A DNA stretch of 64,000 bases from the NCBI GenBank assembly GCA_964016885.1, contig OZ024758.1, positions 4,216,001 to 4,280,000 on the forward strand. Reading direction: 5' to 3'. The translations under genes were made by a program, and so were the position numbers. This document shows, piece after piece, positions 38,150 through 52,080 of this stretch (position 1 is the first letter of the stretch; the number at the start of each line of letters is the position of its first letter). The notes beneath the pieces were generated by a model. That model saw only the letters and a program-made list of their open reading frames with translations, made no database searches and was not told the DNA's origin. The DNA comes from Eledone cirrhosa (lineage: Eukaryota).

Positions 38150-38993
38150 GGTATTAACGTAATTTTCTTTCTTTGTGCCAAGAAGTAATAGAATTAATTG
38201 TTTTTATCTCATTTAGTATTCATCCAGCGATTTTTTTCTGTTTCTTTATATAGAAAATAAAACGAAATGCTATAGAGATTCTAAAGGGCAAAATGGCGAA
38301 GTAGCAGCATATAAAGTATTATGTAACTGACCATTCAACTTTCTATAGAAAACGGACAAATGAAATTCAAATCGCATTCTGTTTTATTACAAAATTTTGT
38401 AGTAAGTAATCCTCATTAGGGACGTCGTGATTCTCTGCATTTACTGAATAACTAAGAACAGCAACAACAATATTAATAACACCAACAAGTATGGGAAACA
38501 ATGAAAGTTGTAGCATGAACAGCGTGATATCACAGCTAAATTTTTCTAAAGTCAAGATCAAATTTTATATCGTCCGGCAAAATTCACTGTCTGACTACCT
38601 CATTCATATATGTTATGCAATGTAAGGCTTTCGACATTTTTGCCTTAATCATGTTGATACACAAACAACCCATAATTGTTTCCCCACTTTCCTATAAATA
38701 TATATCAAATATTTTATTCATGTCTATTGCTAAACAAATACGCTTCACAGAGTATATCTAATAAGAACGAAATAGGCTCGTTGCTTTCATACATTTGATA
38801 TAAATATACGATCCAGTTTCACATTGTTGTCTAAAACTGCATGGCTCAAGACTGACAATAGCTTATTTCTCCCTTATTTTGCCTCGAGGATCTGAATACA
38901 CGTGGTGTCGGACAATACATGTTATACTTAACACCCTCATCTGACCGCATTTCTTTATAACCCAATAGCTTTAAGACCACCTATTTGCGCCAA

Positions 38994-39032
<39 letters not shown>

Positions 39033-39229
39033 TCGTGTGATAATGGTAGAGTAGTTTACTCAATAGCACCAAATACATAATCTCAAGAAATCAATAGAAG
39101 GCATTCATTACCTGCTCTTAAATATCACTCCACAGTTTGTTTGACTTTATCTGAAAGCTGCAGAATGAATCAGGCATCTTTATATTTCTGAAACCACTGG
39201 CAATTCCAAAACCGGTCAAACTGTATACG

Positions 39230-39230
<1 letters not shown>
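38150..39230 (-). pseudogene. Cys-loop/CR-like pseudogene
   Basis: SNKLWSDI; VMNA; LSHD-(polyT)-YW; KQRAYFVLI (beta10-M1); ESGETI at 38674-38691; EKFSCDITLFMLQLSLFPILVGVINIVVAVL..HDVP (M3); ITSWHK. Confidence 0.7.
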
Positions 39231-39270
<40 letters not shown>

Positions 39271-41149
39271 AAGAGAGAGAGAGAGAAAGAGAGAGAGAGA
39301 AAGAGAGAAAGAGAGAGAAAGTGTGCGTGCGTGCGTGTGAATCAAATCATTTTTTAACATGGTTATTTCTTTTAGCAAACATTCTGAAACCCATAATCTC
39401 ATATATATTCATATACACATGCGTATAAACATTTTTTTCTTTTTTTATATATATATATTATCTTCAGTAACTCACTTATTGGTGCTTTTCTTTTTACCAC
39501 ACACACACAATTATTATATATATATATATATATATATATACATACACACGGATGTATGTATTTGTGAATGCGTGTTCATATACACAAGGACACCGTTTTG
39601 CTTGCATACATAAATATTTCAGGAAATCGATAATTTTTCACCAAACATTCTGCTGATCCTGTTCTGTTTAATTTTTGAACTAGATCACCTATTTTTCTAA
39701 GATAGAAACACTTCTGCTTGGTTTCCTTCGAAGACACTCGAAATTACAAACTTTTATTAATAGAATCGCCATGACAAACGAGAAGAAGTAACTGCTGGCA
39801 TCTATTCAAGTCTTAAACAAAAACACTATTGAATGAAATTCTAATAAACCTCCATTAAATATGTATGTTTGAATTGTAGTTCTTGATTTTGTTTGAAATT
39901 TTCTTGGTAGATAATATCTGCGGTAGAATTATGATTGCATTACTGGCTTTGGTGCCATAGTTTTTGTTTTCCTTGCCATTGTTGTTGTATGGTTCCAGCT
40001 TAGCTCTGGTCTCTCAGACCTACGATGCTCAAACATTATTTCAGCCGTAACTAGGCAATAATCTTTCAGTAAAATCGTATCGAAGACTTAGTTATTCAAT
40101 GTGTTTACTGAAAATGATGGTGTGTATAGAAGACGGTGATGTTTATTTTAAACTAAATTTGATTCTATTATCCAGCATATCTAATGAATACTGTTGCTCT
40201 TTACACAGCTCAGCTGTAACTGTGGTGATATCTGATCAAAAGAGTTCTAGCAAAGGCTACCCCGAACTAATTTGGGAATTATGTAATAAAGACCAAACTG
40301 CAAAATATTTCTGAATTCATTCCCATTTTAAGCTAACATGCTGTAATTGAAGGAGGTTTGTGTGATTCCCATAGGAGATTAAGAGTTTACCCAAAGTTTG
40401 GATGATTTTAATAGATCACGCGTTCATGTAAAATGTTGTTAAAGTATTGGTATTTGAAATTTCAGTTGCTTAATTAATCCAGATTTTGTGTGGGATAAGG
40501 TTTAAATATTCATATGGACTTGATTTATGTTCTTGATAGTTACATTATATTTTTTGAGGATATTCGACTACTCGTATTTTTATTATAGTTTTAATGAAGA
40601 TATAATGCGAGTTGCAATTAAATTAACGTATTTTAACTCTGGTCAAATTATCTTCAGCATATTTTAATGCAATATTACATAACAAATTCGAAATAATTAT
40701 ATCATGAAAAATAAAATATTAGTTAATAATATTAGTTAATAATATTTTATTACTGCAAATACGAGAAAAAAATGTTTACATCTTCTCGCAGAGTCTATGA
40801 CCATATCTGGAAACAATGTGCGTCTCCGAAAGGCCAAGGAAAATATGCGATAGTTTATACGGAGTGCAGTAGAATAATATGACTTTTAAAAACAAATTAT
40901 ATCTTGTGGTTTCTGTTGCTGTTATAGTCCGTGTGGGTTATGTTGAGGTTTGTGGTGCTATATACAATCTTAGTATTAATGCTACTCTCCTTATTTCATT
41001 GTAGTTTTATGTAATGCCGTCGTTGTTGTCCTTAAAAATCCGATGAATATAGATCATGAAGGACACATAGTACTCCATCGAATCTGCTGTGAAATTATAC
41101 CATGGATAATGAAGCAAAATTAGGGAACTTAAACTGTATCACTTGCGGT

Positions 41150-42070
41150 GGATTTGAAATCAAATATATTTTATTGTATTTCAGTAATACATGTACTCAG
41201 CATATTTGAGTATATTGTTACCAACTGAAGAGATTCAGCGAGATATCAAACGTGAACTTAACCAAAGACTTCTCTTCAGTAAATACATATATTTCGAACT
41301 GCAGACGACAACATCAGACATTAACTTAACTCAGTCAATAACATGAAATGCTTTGAAACATAGTTACCTTTATGATCCGAGTTCAAATCCCGCCGAGGTT
41401 AACTTTGCCTTTCATCCTTACAGGGTCGATAAAATAAAGTACCAGTAATACACTGGGATAATTGCTGGCCTTGTGCCAAAAGTAGAAACAATTATGTATA
41501 GAAGATAGGTTATATTTGTCTACAGACAAACTATTGTGTGACAACCACTTCAACACGTCGAACGTCAAATGATTTACATGAACTATGTCGGTGTGATATT
41601 GTTTTCTTGAACAGTTCAACACAATAACTCCATCATTCTTCTTGTGTAAAGAATCTACTTTGGGTGTTTGATCAGTTTTTACATAGTTTTCAGAGAGTTG
41701 TTGTTGTGATGTTTTGTTGTGGATGTTGAACATGGTGTCATAGCGTTTTGTCTTTCATTGTCTACTTAGAAATATATTAGCCATTTTAAAACCCGGTGTG
41801 ATATAGAAATGTGTAACTTTGATTTATAATTCAGTCAAAACAATTGTGAAGGCCTCATCGAGATTTTGCTAGAAAATAGTAAGATATACTGTGACAAGAA
41901 CCCCGGTCGCATTGATAGCACACTAATGAACTGCTAAAGGGAGCCAACAGATATGTAGTTGTGTTGAGAGGGTGTTTGAGGCTACCACCCAAGGTTAAAT
42001 CTATAACACTTTAGGTCTAGCAGATGAAACGATCACGAAGAATGAATACTAAGTTGGCAGTTTGTCCTCC
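41150..42070 (-). pseudogene. Cys-loop/CR-like pseudogene (mainly ECD) with SINE at 41345-41493
   Basis: INATGVLVTVYLTIF*QNLDE; NDGVIVLNCSRKQYHTDIVHVNHLTFDVLK (DG..Y.T....HFPFDVQ-like); YLLKRS. Confidence 0.6.
41345..41493 (+). mobile_element. SINE family 1
   Basis: Core plus tail. Confidence 0.9.
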
Positions 42071-42114
42071 ATCTTTAATTTTGTGATAAAGAACAAAAGC
42101 TAAAGAAAGAATCA

Positions 42115-42140
42115 CAGAAAGAGAAAGAAAAGATAGATGG

Positions 42141-42177
<37 letters not shown>

Positions 42178-42700
42178 AGATGGAGGGAGAGAGAGAAGAT
42201 TGATTGATGGAGAGAGAGAGAGATAGAGAAGATAGATGGAGAGAGAGATAGATAGAGAAGATAGATGGAGGGAGAGATAGATAGAGAATATAGATGGAGG
42301 GAGAGAGAGATAAAGATAGATGGAGGGAGAGAGAGATAGATAGAGAAGATAAATGGAGAGAGATATAGATAGAGAAGATAGATGGAGGGAGAGATAGAGA
42401 GTGAGATACAGAGAAGATAGAGAGACGGAGATAGGAGAGAGAGGGAGATAGGAGAGAGAATATAGAGAGAGAGTGGGGAGAGAGAGAGATATATATATAG
42501 AGATGTATATATACATATAAATATATATATATATATATAAACGGAGGGAGAGGAGAGTGGAGATCGTGAGAGAGAGAAATAGAGGAGAAAGAGAGAGTTA
42601 AGAGAGATAGAGGAGAGAGAGAGAGTTAAGAGAGATAGAGTAGAGAGAGAGAGGTAAGAGAAAGAGGAAAGAAAGAAAGCGAGAGAGAATAGAAAATATG
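42115..42700. repeat. GA-rich purine tract with GAGAAGATAGATGGAG(G)GAGAGA units
   Basis: Low complexity. Confidence 0.9.
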
Positions 42701-42914
42701 TAAAGGAAGGAAGAGACATTGGAGGTAAAGAGGGGAGGTAACTGAGATAAACGCAGTAAATTGGTAGAAACAATAAAATGTCGAGAATAAATGGTTTCCA
42801 GTATTTCATTTTGTTACTAACCATTCACGTCACGACTCTCACTAGTTTGTGTAGCATGTCTCCACCAACATCGTTGATACAACTGTAAACAATATAACTG
42901 ATGGTGTTCAATAT

Positions 42915-43299
42915 TGTAGTGGTGGTGGTAGTAGTGGTGGTGGTGGTGGTGGTAGTGGTGGTAGTAGTGGTGGTGGTGGTAGTGGTAGTGGTAGTAGTGG
43001 TAGTGGTGGTAGTGGTAGTGGTAGTAGTGGTGGTAGTAGTAGTGGTGGTGGTAGTAGTAGTGGTAGTAATAGTGGTGGTGGTGGTAGTAATGGTGGTGGT
43101 AGTAGTAGTGGTGGTGGTGGTGGTAGTGGTGGTGGTGGTGGTAGTAGTGGTGGTGGTAGTGGTAGTGGTAGTAGTGGTGGTAGTGGTAATTATAGTAGTA
43201 GTGGTGGTGTTGGTAGTGGTGGTAGTAGTAGTGGTAGTGGTAGTAATAGTGGAAGAAGTAGTGGTGATGGTAGTAGTAGTAATGGTAGAAGTAGTGGCG

Positions 43300-43332
<33 letters not shown>

Positions 43333-43625
43333 ATGGTAGTAGTAGTAGTGGTAGTAGTAGTAGTAGTAGTAGCAGTAGTAGTAGTAGTAGTAGCAGCAGT
43401 AATGGTAGTAGTAATGGTAGTGGTAGTAGTAGTGGTAATAGAAAAAGAAAAGAAAAAGAATGAAGATGATGTTAATGGTGGTGATGATGCTGGTGGTAAT
43501 GACGATGATGATGACGATGATGTTGGTGCTGGTGGTAATGCTGATGATAATGATAATGACGATGATGATGAGGAGGAGGATGGCGATGATGATGATACTG
43601 CTGCTGCTGATGATGATGTAGATGG
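42915..43625. repeat. (GTA/GTG)n then (GAT)n trinucleotide tract
   Basis: Low complexity. Confidence 0.95.
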
Positions 43626-43926
43626 TAAGAAATAAGAGGAACAGACCTGGCAAGAAATGTACATGAAATGTTGTGTTTGCGAGAGAGAGATATTTAGAGA
43701 GATCGAGTGAGAATAGATGTGTTAGAGAGAGAGTGAAACAGAGAGAGTGAGAGAGAGTGAGAGTGAGAGAGAAAGTGAGAAAGAGAGAAAGTGAGAAAGA
43801 GAGAAAGTGAGAAAGAGAGAGAAAGAGAGAGAGAGAGAGAAAGAGAGTGTGTGCTTGAAATCACTATTATTCAATTACATTTGGATCAATAACTCAACTG
43901 ATGTAAACAAATATATGTATGTATGT

Positions 43927-44105
43927 AGATTCCGGACCCCGACGGCTGAGCTCCGGCCGTTTCGACAGCTAGATCCGAATTAGTTGTCGAAACAGCCGGA
44001 GCTCAGCCGTCGGGCTCCTGAATCTATTCATATTACCCACTCTACTCCCCCAAGTATCCAGTACTCTGGTGGGTTTTGGTCTAGCTGCTTTTTTCCACGC
44101 CCTAC
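43927..44105. mobile_element. Hairpin element (family shared with 4800-5050)
   Basis: GACGGCTGAGCTCCGGCCGTTTCGACAGCTA / TAGTTGTCGAAACAGCCGGAGCTCAGCCGTC inverted arms; 44030-44105 resembles the reverse complement of 4920-4990. Confidence 0.75.
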
Positions 44106-44277
44106 CTGATTATATATATATATATAAGATCAAAAGATGGTTAAAGGAGTTTCATCTTTTGATCTTATATTATTTATACTCCAGTCCTACAAACTGTAGA
44201 GTGCTACTTATCCGATATCTGCATTGCTTTATTGTACTACAATAAAACTCACCTCCTACATATATATATATATACAG

Positions 44278-44316
<39 letters not shown>

Positions 44317-44736
44317 ATGTATGTATGCATGTGTCAGAATTTCATGGCTTCCGACAATTGTTCCAGTTATAAGAACAGGAGAGAATATTCACCAAATTGA
44401 CTTACATGTGACTGAGCATTCTACAGACACGTGCACTCTTAACATATGTCCCGTAGGGATTCATCATTGCAGAATGTACAACGTTGTTGGTCATTTAAAA
44501 GAGAAGTAAAGTTAGTTTTTAACAGCTGACTAGATGAGAGTAATGGGGGAAGGCAAATATCTTGCTAACCATAACCATAACTTAACACCACCACGTAAAC
44601 TAAATCAACCAATTATGGCCTTTAGCAGGGTAGACCCAATTTCCATTATTTATGTTTAAATTATACAGTATAGTTCGCTTGTGTTATTTTTCCTGTACTG
44701 TGTGTGTGTGTTTTCCCGCATTGTCGTGTGTGCCTT

Positions 44737-44773
<37 letters not shown>

Positions 44774-44949
44774 ATTTGCCTATGTTAATAGTTCTAGTTA
44801 ACAATGTAAGCAGTGTGACAAAATTCTAGGAAAATCTTAAAATTATATAAACAATACTATAGAGATTTCGAAATGTATGAAATGTATTATGTTAAAATGA
44901 GTCTCATGAGAAACGTCTCTTATGTATAATATCCATTGTTTCCTATTTA

Positions 44950-45672
44950 TATAAGTAAATATATATTGTTCTAGAAATGGGTAAATGCCGCCTTTATGCA
45001 AAGAACAACGACATTCATATTAACAATCCTTTGTAAATGAATCCAATAGACAAACCTTCAGATCACTTCATAGGAAATCCTTGATAAAACTAGAAAAATA
45101 ATATCTGTTATTCATGTTTGTACAAACGTAAATATTCTAAAGAAACAGCGATTTCTTTGGCAATATTCCGAATTGTTTAGGAATAAAAGCCGTTATTAAT
45201 AACTTTCAAACTCCAAATATTTATATGGAGGCAATTATTGTAATTTAATTGGCAATATAAAAATACGCGTGTATATTAATTTCATTCAACGTCAAAAAGT
45301 TATTTTTTCCCCCACATCATAAAATACCTTTTTCTATTTGAAAGAGATACGAGTACACACTCGCACATAAATACATATTTATTTATTTTATATATATATA
45401 TATATATACATATATACATACATTTATATATATTATAGATTCAAGTTTGTGTGTATATACATATATACACATATATATATATACACACATATACACACAT
45501 ATATATATATATACACACATATATACACATATATATATATATATACACATATATACACATATATATATATACACGCATATATACACATATATATATATAC
45601 ACACATATATACACACACACACACACATACACACACACACACATACACACACACACATATACACACATATAT

Positions 45673-45707
<35 letters not shown>

Positions 45708-46110
45708 CACACACATATATATACATGTTTGTGCATATATATATACATTTATATATATATAAATGTTTGTGTATATATACATTTATATATATATATATAA
45801 ATGTTTGTGTATATATATATACACATTTATATATATATAAGTGTTTGTGTATATATATACACATTTATATATATATACACACATATCTATATCTATACAC
45901 ACATATATATATACACATTTATATATATATATGAATGTTTGTGTATATATATATACGTTTATATATATATCTATTAGGGATATAATACCCTATGTTACTG
46001 TAATAGGGTTCCGTAGAATTGTAAGAGATGTTATACCATTTGTTTATTACATTCAGTCGGCAAGAAACGAAATATGTTTTTTTTAAACCACGATTTCAGT
46101 GCTATCAGTT
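44950..46110 (-). pseudogene. Cys-loop/CR-like relic split by a microsatellite (45360-45970)
   Basis: SLTILRNPITVT*GIISL (beta10-M1); VGEKITF at ~45295-45315; LPP. Confidence 0.55.
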
Positions 46111-46119
46111 TTATTACCT

Positions 46120-46310
46120 ATCACCCAACAAATATACGAGACCCAGGGTTAGATCCAGACCATGATGGTTGGATATCATTCATGAGCTTGACTAGCCTCC
46201 CTAGGGGATCCAGCCGGATGAGTTGGAGATGGTTACCTTTGACAAGAACAGAGGAAGGAGTGTTTGAGGAATCTTTACCCCCAAAACCCTCTCAGCAATA
46301 AGTGAGCGAA
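46120..46310 (+). mobile_element. RTE-clade LINE 3' end fragment
   Basis: RPRVRSRP*WLDII..GIQPDELEMVTFDK matches the RPRGRPRxRWLD..A.DR C-terminal motif. Confidence 0.7.
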
Positions 46311-46499
46311 AAAAAGAAAAACAGGAACAAAAAACAAGAATCAGAACCTCAGGTTTCTCGCGACGTACATGGTCACGTACATGCAAAAGCGTTCTACCCG
46401 TAGATAATTCCTCATTTACGCAATAATAAATATCACATTATCAAATGTGAAGCATATAATTTATGACAATATTGTAATATTCAAATGATATTTACGAGA

Positions 46500-47000
46500 A
46501 AGGGATGCACTCATTCAGAAACGAAAATCTTTATTGCAAAATTTACGGGTGGTAATTTTTATGATGTCGCTATTTACAGAGGATATCTGGAGTCTCATTT
46601 GAGTTGGTAAATGTTGCATCACATTATACATTGAAAGTTACGCATTTGAAATCCAAGATAAAGGGATTATTTCAAGATGCCAGTGGAACGAATGAGACAG
46701 TAAAGTTCTTAAACATCAAAGACATAACAAGGATTGGAAGAGATGTGTTGTAACTTTCACATATTATCTAAAGCTATCTGATGATATATTCAATGTACAA
46801 CCTTTCTGAGTGAATATCCAGATACAATGCCCTCCGTAAGAATGAATGCCTGTCAGAAAATACAATAAATATTACTTGGAGATTTCCATTTGCAAATTAC
46901 TTAAATTATACATCGTATAGGTGATAAGGGTTTGAATGATGAAGTCAATTACAGTTGTTGATGTTAGTTCCAAATGAAGTGTTACTGTTACATTCTTAAT
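46500..47000 (-). pseudogene. Condensed Cys-loop/CR-like pseudogene
   Basis: NVTVTLHLELTSTTVIDFIIQTLITY (beta1-beta2); NLQ/WKSP; CIWI; LPILVMSLM..TVSFVPLAS* (M1). Confidence 0.65.
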
Positions 47001-47059
47001 TTTAAAAATAATATATTATTAGATTCTTTTGAGTCTATATCCCGTTCAGCTATATTATT

Positions 47060-47581
47060 CAATCATATGAGATTTACCTGTCTTGCAAGTGTTGAAAAGA
47101 AAGGGGTTTCCCAATAGAGTATTTCTCCAAAGGAGTAGAACTGTGGCAATGGCCAGGTAGTAAACACACTGACAAAAATGTGGTCACCAAGAAATGCAAT
47201 ACAAGTAAAGTAAAGTGAAAATGGCCGTTTGTGCTTTTGAAAAGTAACAATGATGTTCATACAATGTAGTTGCTAATAAGGTATCGATATAGTTATAATT
47301 ATTGGCATTAAAAAAGTGTAAAAACCAAACTGGAAAATTTGGGTTTACCATATATACAGTAAAATATCGTCTGACATGTCTAATTAATTCAATGTGTAAA
47401 AGAAAGACGGAAATTATCTAATGATGTAGTAGCCAAATCTTTGCAATTGCCATGGTTTTAAGTCGCATGATGGATTAATATTCTATTTTCCATACTAGAA
47501 CCTCCAAAGAAAAATAGAAATCAAATCCTACACAGAAACATGCATATCTACATACATAAGTATTATGTATGCGTGTGTGTG

Positions 47582-47639
<58 letters not shown>

Positions 47640-48057
47640 CATACATACATACACACACATAGAGAGAGAGAGAAACAGAGATAGAGGTGTAGAGGCATGC
47701 ATGCCTACATATATAAGTATTATGTATGTGTGTGTATATATATAGAGAGATATAGATATATAGATATACACACACTTAGAGAGAGAGGGACAGAGACATA
47801 TAAACGTGCGTTATTGTGTGTTTTTGTATATGTACGAGAGGGTGCGTCGATAGAGATCTAAATGGATGCATTACCGAATATATTTCTATGCCCGCGTGAA
47901 GTTTCTAAATATCTATATTAAGAATTGAGAAAATGGCGCTAATTAAGTTGAGATGTTATAACCCACAGCTGTCTACCTAGCTTTTACTATCTTCTCCCAT
48001 CATGACACCCTCTTTATCTATTTATTTACATATATATGTATATACATACACACACAC

Positions 48058-48096
<39 letters not shown>

Positions 48097-48307
48097 TATA
48101 TTTATATATCTATCTCTCTCGATACACACACACACACACATATGTACACACATTTATATATATATGTACATATATACGCACACACACATTTATATATAAA
48201 AGGATCGATCGACTTTCGTCAAATCGGACCGAGTAAACAGTGTTTTCGTCGGTCTTTCCAGTTGCTAATACTATCTATCCGTCGCAACTCCACTCCAGGT
48301 AGAAGTT

Positions 48308-48361
<54 letters not shown>

Positions 48362-48920
48362 TTTATATATATATATTCACTCGGATGAACCTACATTAAC
48401 TCCAAGTTAGACTCTCTGGATATATATATATATATAGAGTTATGTAATAAATAATATAAGGCAATTATTCCATTTACCAGTGGTTTCTTAAAAGCAAAAG
48501 ATTTTGCTTTCAATCCTCAGAATGAAAAAATCCTGGTCTGTTTATTGAATTTGGATTTTAAAATCCAAATTCAATAAACAGACCAGGATTTTTCATTCTG
48601 AGGATTGAAAGTAAAATCTTTTGCTTTTAAGAAACCACTGGTAAATGGAATAATTGCCTTATGTTGTTTGTTACATAACTATTAAGCTCTGTTACCTACA
48701 TAGAGCACTCTTTTTCCTGGACTTTTCCGACGGAATTACTTCATTTATATATATATATACAAAACCACATATGTTCATACTTACATACATCAACAGGTGC
48801 GTGTGCGTCTGATTCTACGACTGGTATTTTACGACTTAATCCAGTGAAGGGTTGTTGAGAAATATGTAACCTCTCCACAAACCAAGGTTTACAATATAGT
48901 CTATTGAATTCCATTATAAA
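47060..48920 (-). pseudogene. Fragmented Cys-loop/CR-like pseudogene
   Basis: VERLHISQQPFTGLSRKIPVV..APVDV (~48790-48885); FSILNID; AKIWLL; IIVTFQKHKRPFSLYFTCIAFLG..PLPQFYSFGEIL (47063-47260). Confidence 0.65.
48438..48680. repeat. Near-perfect spacerless palindrome, ~120-bp arms
   Basis: Centre TTGGATTTT|AAAATCCAA at 48559/48560; few mismatches. Confidence 0.95.
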
Positions 48921-48929
48921 GCCAAGGGG

Positions 48930-49127
48930 GGGGGGGGGGGGATTGGCAGAATCGGCAGGTAGAGGGTCCATGCCATGCTTTGCAGCAAAGAGTTACGGCC
49001 CTTTATGGTGCGAGTTCAAATCCCGCCGTGGTTAACGTTGCCTTTCATCCTTCCGGATCGATAAAATAAAGTACCAGTAATACACTGGGATAATTGCTGG
49101 CCTTGTGCCAAAAGTAAAAAACAATTA
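48930..49127 (+). mobile_element. SINE family 1
   Basis: Head preceded by a G run, core, tail. Confidence 0.9.
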
Positions 49128-49904
49128 TAAAACCAATTACATGATAATTGAACTCCATATAAGAATGCATTTCACATATTCTCATTAATATTTCGGTTTA
49201 ATCATTGAATTTGTATATTATTTAACAAGGAATTAAATATATCTTTTGAATCACAAAACGAGTATTCATAAGTTATTTCAATTAATATATTTCCAGTTAA
49301 AACAACAAACTGACAGATTATGTATATGTGGTCTCATTTCAAAACGTATTTAATTTCCCTATTTCATAAAATTCAAGTTTTAAAATGTATCCTCTTGATT
49401 TCCCGTTTGCCTGATTAAATATTTATATTTGCTAACCTGTATAGTAATCACTAATATAATTAAACTTATGTAAATAAAGCTGCCATATCATTATATTAGG
49501 TAAATAGTGCCATTATATTATTAGGCTTAGAATATGTGATGATATATTTTAAACATCAGCTGCCCTCGTGTCGCCAAATATGGCACCTAATTAAATTGTA
49601 ATATATAAACACAGTATAAAACCAAGTTTTTAGTTTAATAATGTTTTTTGTTACAAAATTTTATTGTGAAAAACTATCCGTAACTAATCTAGATAACCAA
49701 GATAATATATTAGTGTGCATGTGTATACATTTATATGTATAGATTTATACATATAAATGTATGTAAATATGAACTCACAAAAACACATACTCACACTCAC
49801 ACCCAAATACAAACTCACGCAATAATAATAGCTAAGTATGTAGCCATGTCGCTATATATATATATATATATAGCCAATTCGTTATATATATATATATATA
49901 TAAG

Positions 49905-50120
49905 GAACGATCGACTTTCGTCAAATCGGACCGAGGAAACAATGTTTCCGTTGATCTTTCCAATTGCTAATACTATCTATCGCTCGCAACTCCAGGTAAA
50001 AGGAGCAACGCGAAATAAAGTGTCTTGCTCAAGGACATAACGCATCGGCTGGTCCAGGAATCGAACTGACAACCGCACGGTAGCGAATCCAATTCTCTTA
50101 CCACTCAGCCACACGCCTTC
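49905..50120 (-). mobile_element. tRNA-derived SINE family 3, full length
   Basis: Reverse head GAAGGCGTGTGGCTGAGTGG...GTTCGATTCC. Confidence 0.88.
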
Positions 50121-50766
50121 ACTCATACATACATACATACATACATACATACATACATACATACATACATACACACACACACACTCACACGAGTGTAAGG
50201 AATCTTAGAACGCGGGTTGTTTTCTATAGATTGTCACTATCCACTTCATTCCTCAGTTATCTCCATTGCTTATACTTTATATGCTATAAACATCAACTAT
50301 AATGATTTCTTTATTGCCCATAAGGGCTAACATGAATAAAAACATTACATACGGTACATGACGGTACAGGACGATACAAAGTGGGTTTTGACCGTGTAAA
50401 AAGGTTATAACAAGAAAATAGAAATATGTAAAAACAAATTAAATATTAAAACAAACATCAAATATAGCCTATATATATATATATATATATTAATTAAAAT
50501 AACAGATTAAAGTTTAAGTAAAGAATCGCTGCTTTCACCCTTAACGGGATTTTCTGAAACTATAAAATTCAATCTGTGAACGCAGAAGTAAATATTTCGA
50601 AAAACGTTGCAACTGAAGGAAAACAGGAAGACGATACTTATGTCTTGATATATATTTATCCTTATCGAGCCCTCTTTGGATGTTAGTCTTCACATTTATT
50701 ATTATTACTATATATATATATATATATATATATACATACATAAGTTGGTATGGTTTCAAGCGATGA

Positions 50767-50966
50767 GCTGGGTACTATTTGCATAGTGAAATTTTGGGTT
50801 AAGATATAACCACAAATCGAACGGAGAAAGTCAGAGGGAGGGAGGGGGAAAGAGAGATGTGAAATGAGGGGGTTATAGAGAGATAGGGGGAAGAGGAGGA
50901 TAGAAAAAAAATGAGAAGTAGAACATATTTCTCCATCGTTTTAGTCTCCATGTTTCTCCTTTCCTC

Positions 50967-51002
<36 letters not shown>

Positions 51003-51093
51003 ATCCCCTCATTTCTCATCTCATTTATCTCCCTCCCTCCCATTTTCTCCGGTCGATTTCTGGTTATATCTTAACCCACAAATAGTACCAGCT
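50767..51093. mobile_element. Inverted-repeat element around a (TA)n core
   Basis: GGGTTAAGATATAACCACAAATCGAACGGAGAAA ... TTTCTCCGGTCGATTTCTGGTTATATCTTAACCC. Confidence 0.7.
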
Positions 51094-51479
51094 ATTAAAG
51101 GCTACCTTTACCGCTCAGAATACTTAAATTTATCAATATTAATATACATATATATATATTTCACATACCATTAGTTAAGTCTAGATAATCAAATTTTATT
51201 TCAGACTTTAATTCCGAGACCTTTGGATTTTAAATTAGTTGATTTTATGTCTATCATTAATAATTTAATTCGACTATTTACGATTTATCATAGTTATGAT
51301 TCATTAGTTCTTTTTTGCTAAAACTCGTTCGTAGATAATACACGAGCTATACCGTACAGATTATAGGGCATCAGATAAATATTTAATATGAATCGTTGGT
51401 GAAATTAAGTGAAACATATGCCGTTGTTTGACATTTTCTAAGCCTCTTTACCCAATGTGTTAAATTTTGTTTCACTACT

Positions 51480-52080
51480 CAACATACATTTATTTATATT
51501 TTTGTTCCATCTGTTATTTTATTTTGTCCGTCATGAAGTAAGTTTCATTCACGAGGATTTTTTTCAACACGCTGGCATGTGTGTGTGTGTATGTGTGTGC
51601 ACGTGTGCGTGCGTGCATATACATAACATTTATATGTATGAGTATATCATTTAATATTAAAAGAGATAAACACAGATATATATACATATATGCTTTCGAA
51701 TCATAAGTATCAGTATATAAATATAAACGCGCAACCACAGATACACTTACAAAAAAATACACACAGACATGCATTCACACAAATGCACATACACACCATA
51801 ACAAGTGGAACGTCAGCCTCTGTTTTACTATATATTTTTCAACCCCCTGCCTTCCATTTAGACACACACACACACACACACACACATACATTCACACAGG
51901 CAACAGACGTAAAGAGAGTGGAGCAGTATGAGGTAGTTAAACTACTCCTCTCTTTACATGTGACAGAATTGCAGAAATTTATATTTACCTTTTTATTGCA
52001 TTTATTATTTGATTTTCTCCGTCATGAAGTAATTTTCGTTCATGTGGAACACCAACGTAAAATATTCGAAGAACAATGAA
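51480..52080 (-). pseudogene. Two duplicated Cys-loop N-terminal relics
   Basis: VGVPHERKLLHD (52020-52060), KCNKKV, SAILS, SLTT; paralogous E*NLLHD at ~51525-51550. Confidence 0.55.

Noticed and set aside
38997-39029. Poly-A run suggesting a retrocopy tail
   Set aside because: It is poly-T on the relic's sense strand in the middle of the ECD, with no target-site duplication seen; more likely a homopolymer expansion.
42817-43664. Poly-Thr/poly-Val/His-Tyr ORFs (mucin-like)
   Set aside because: Trinucleotide microsatellite translations with no splice or domain context.
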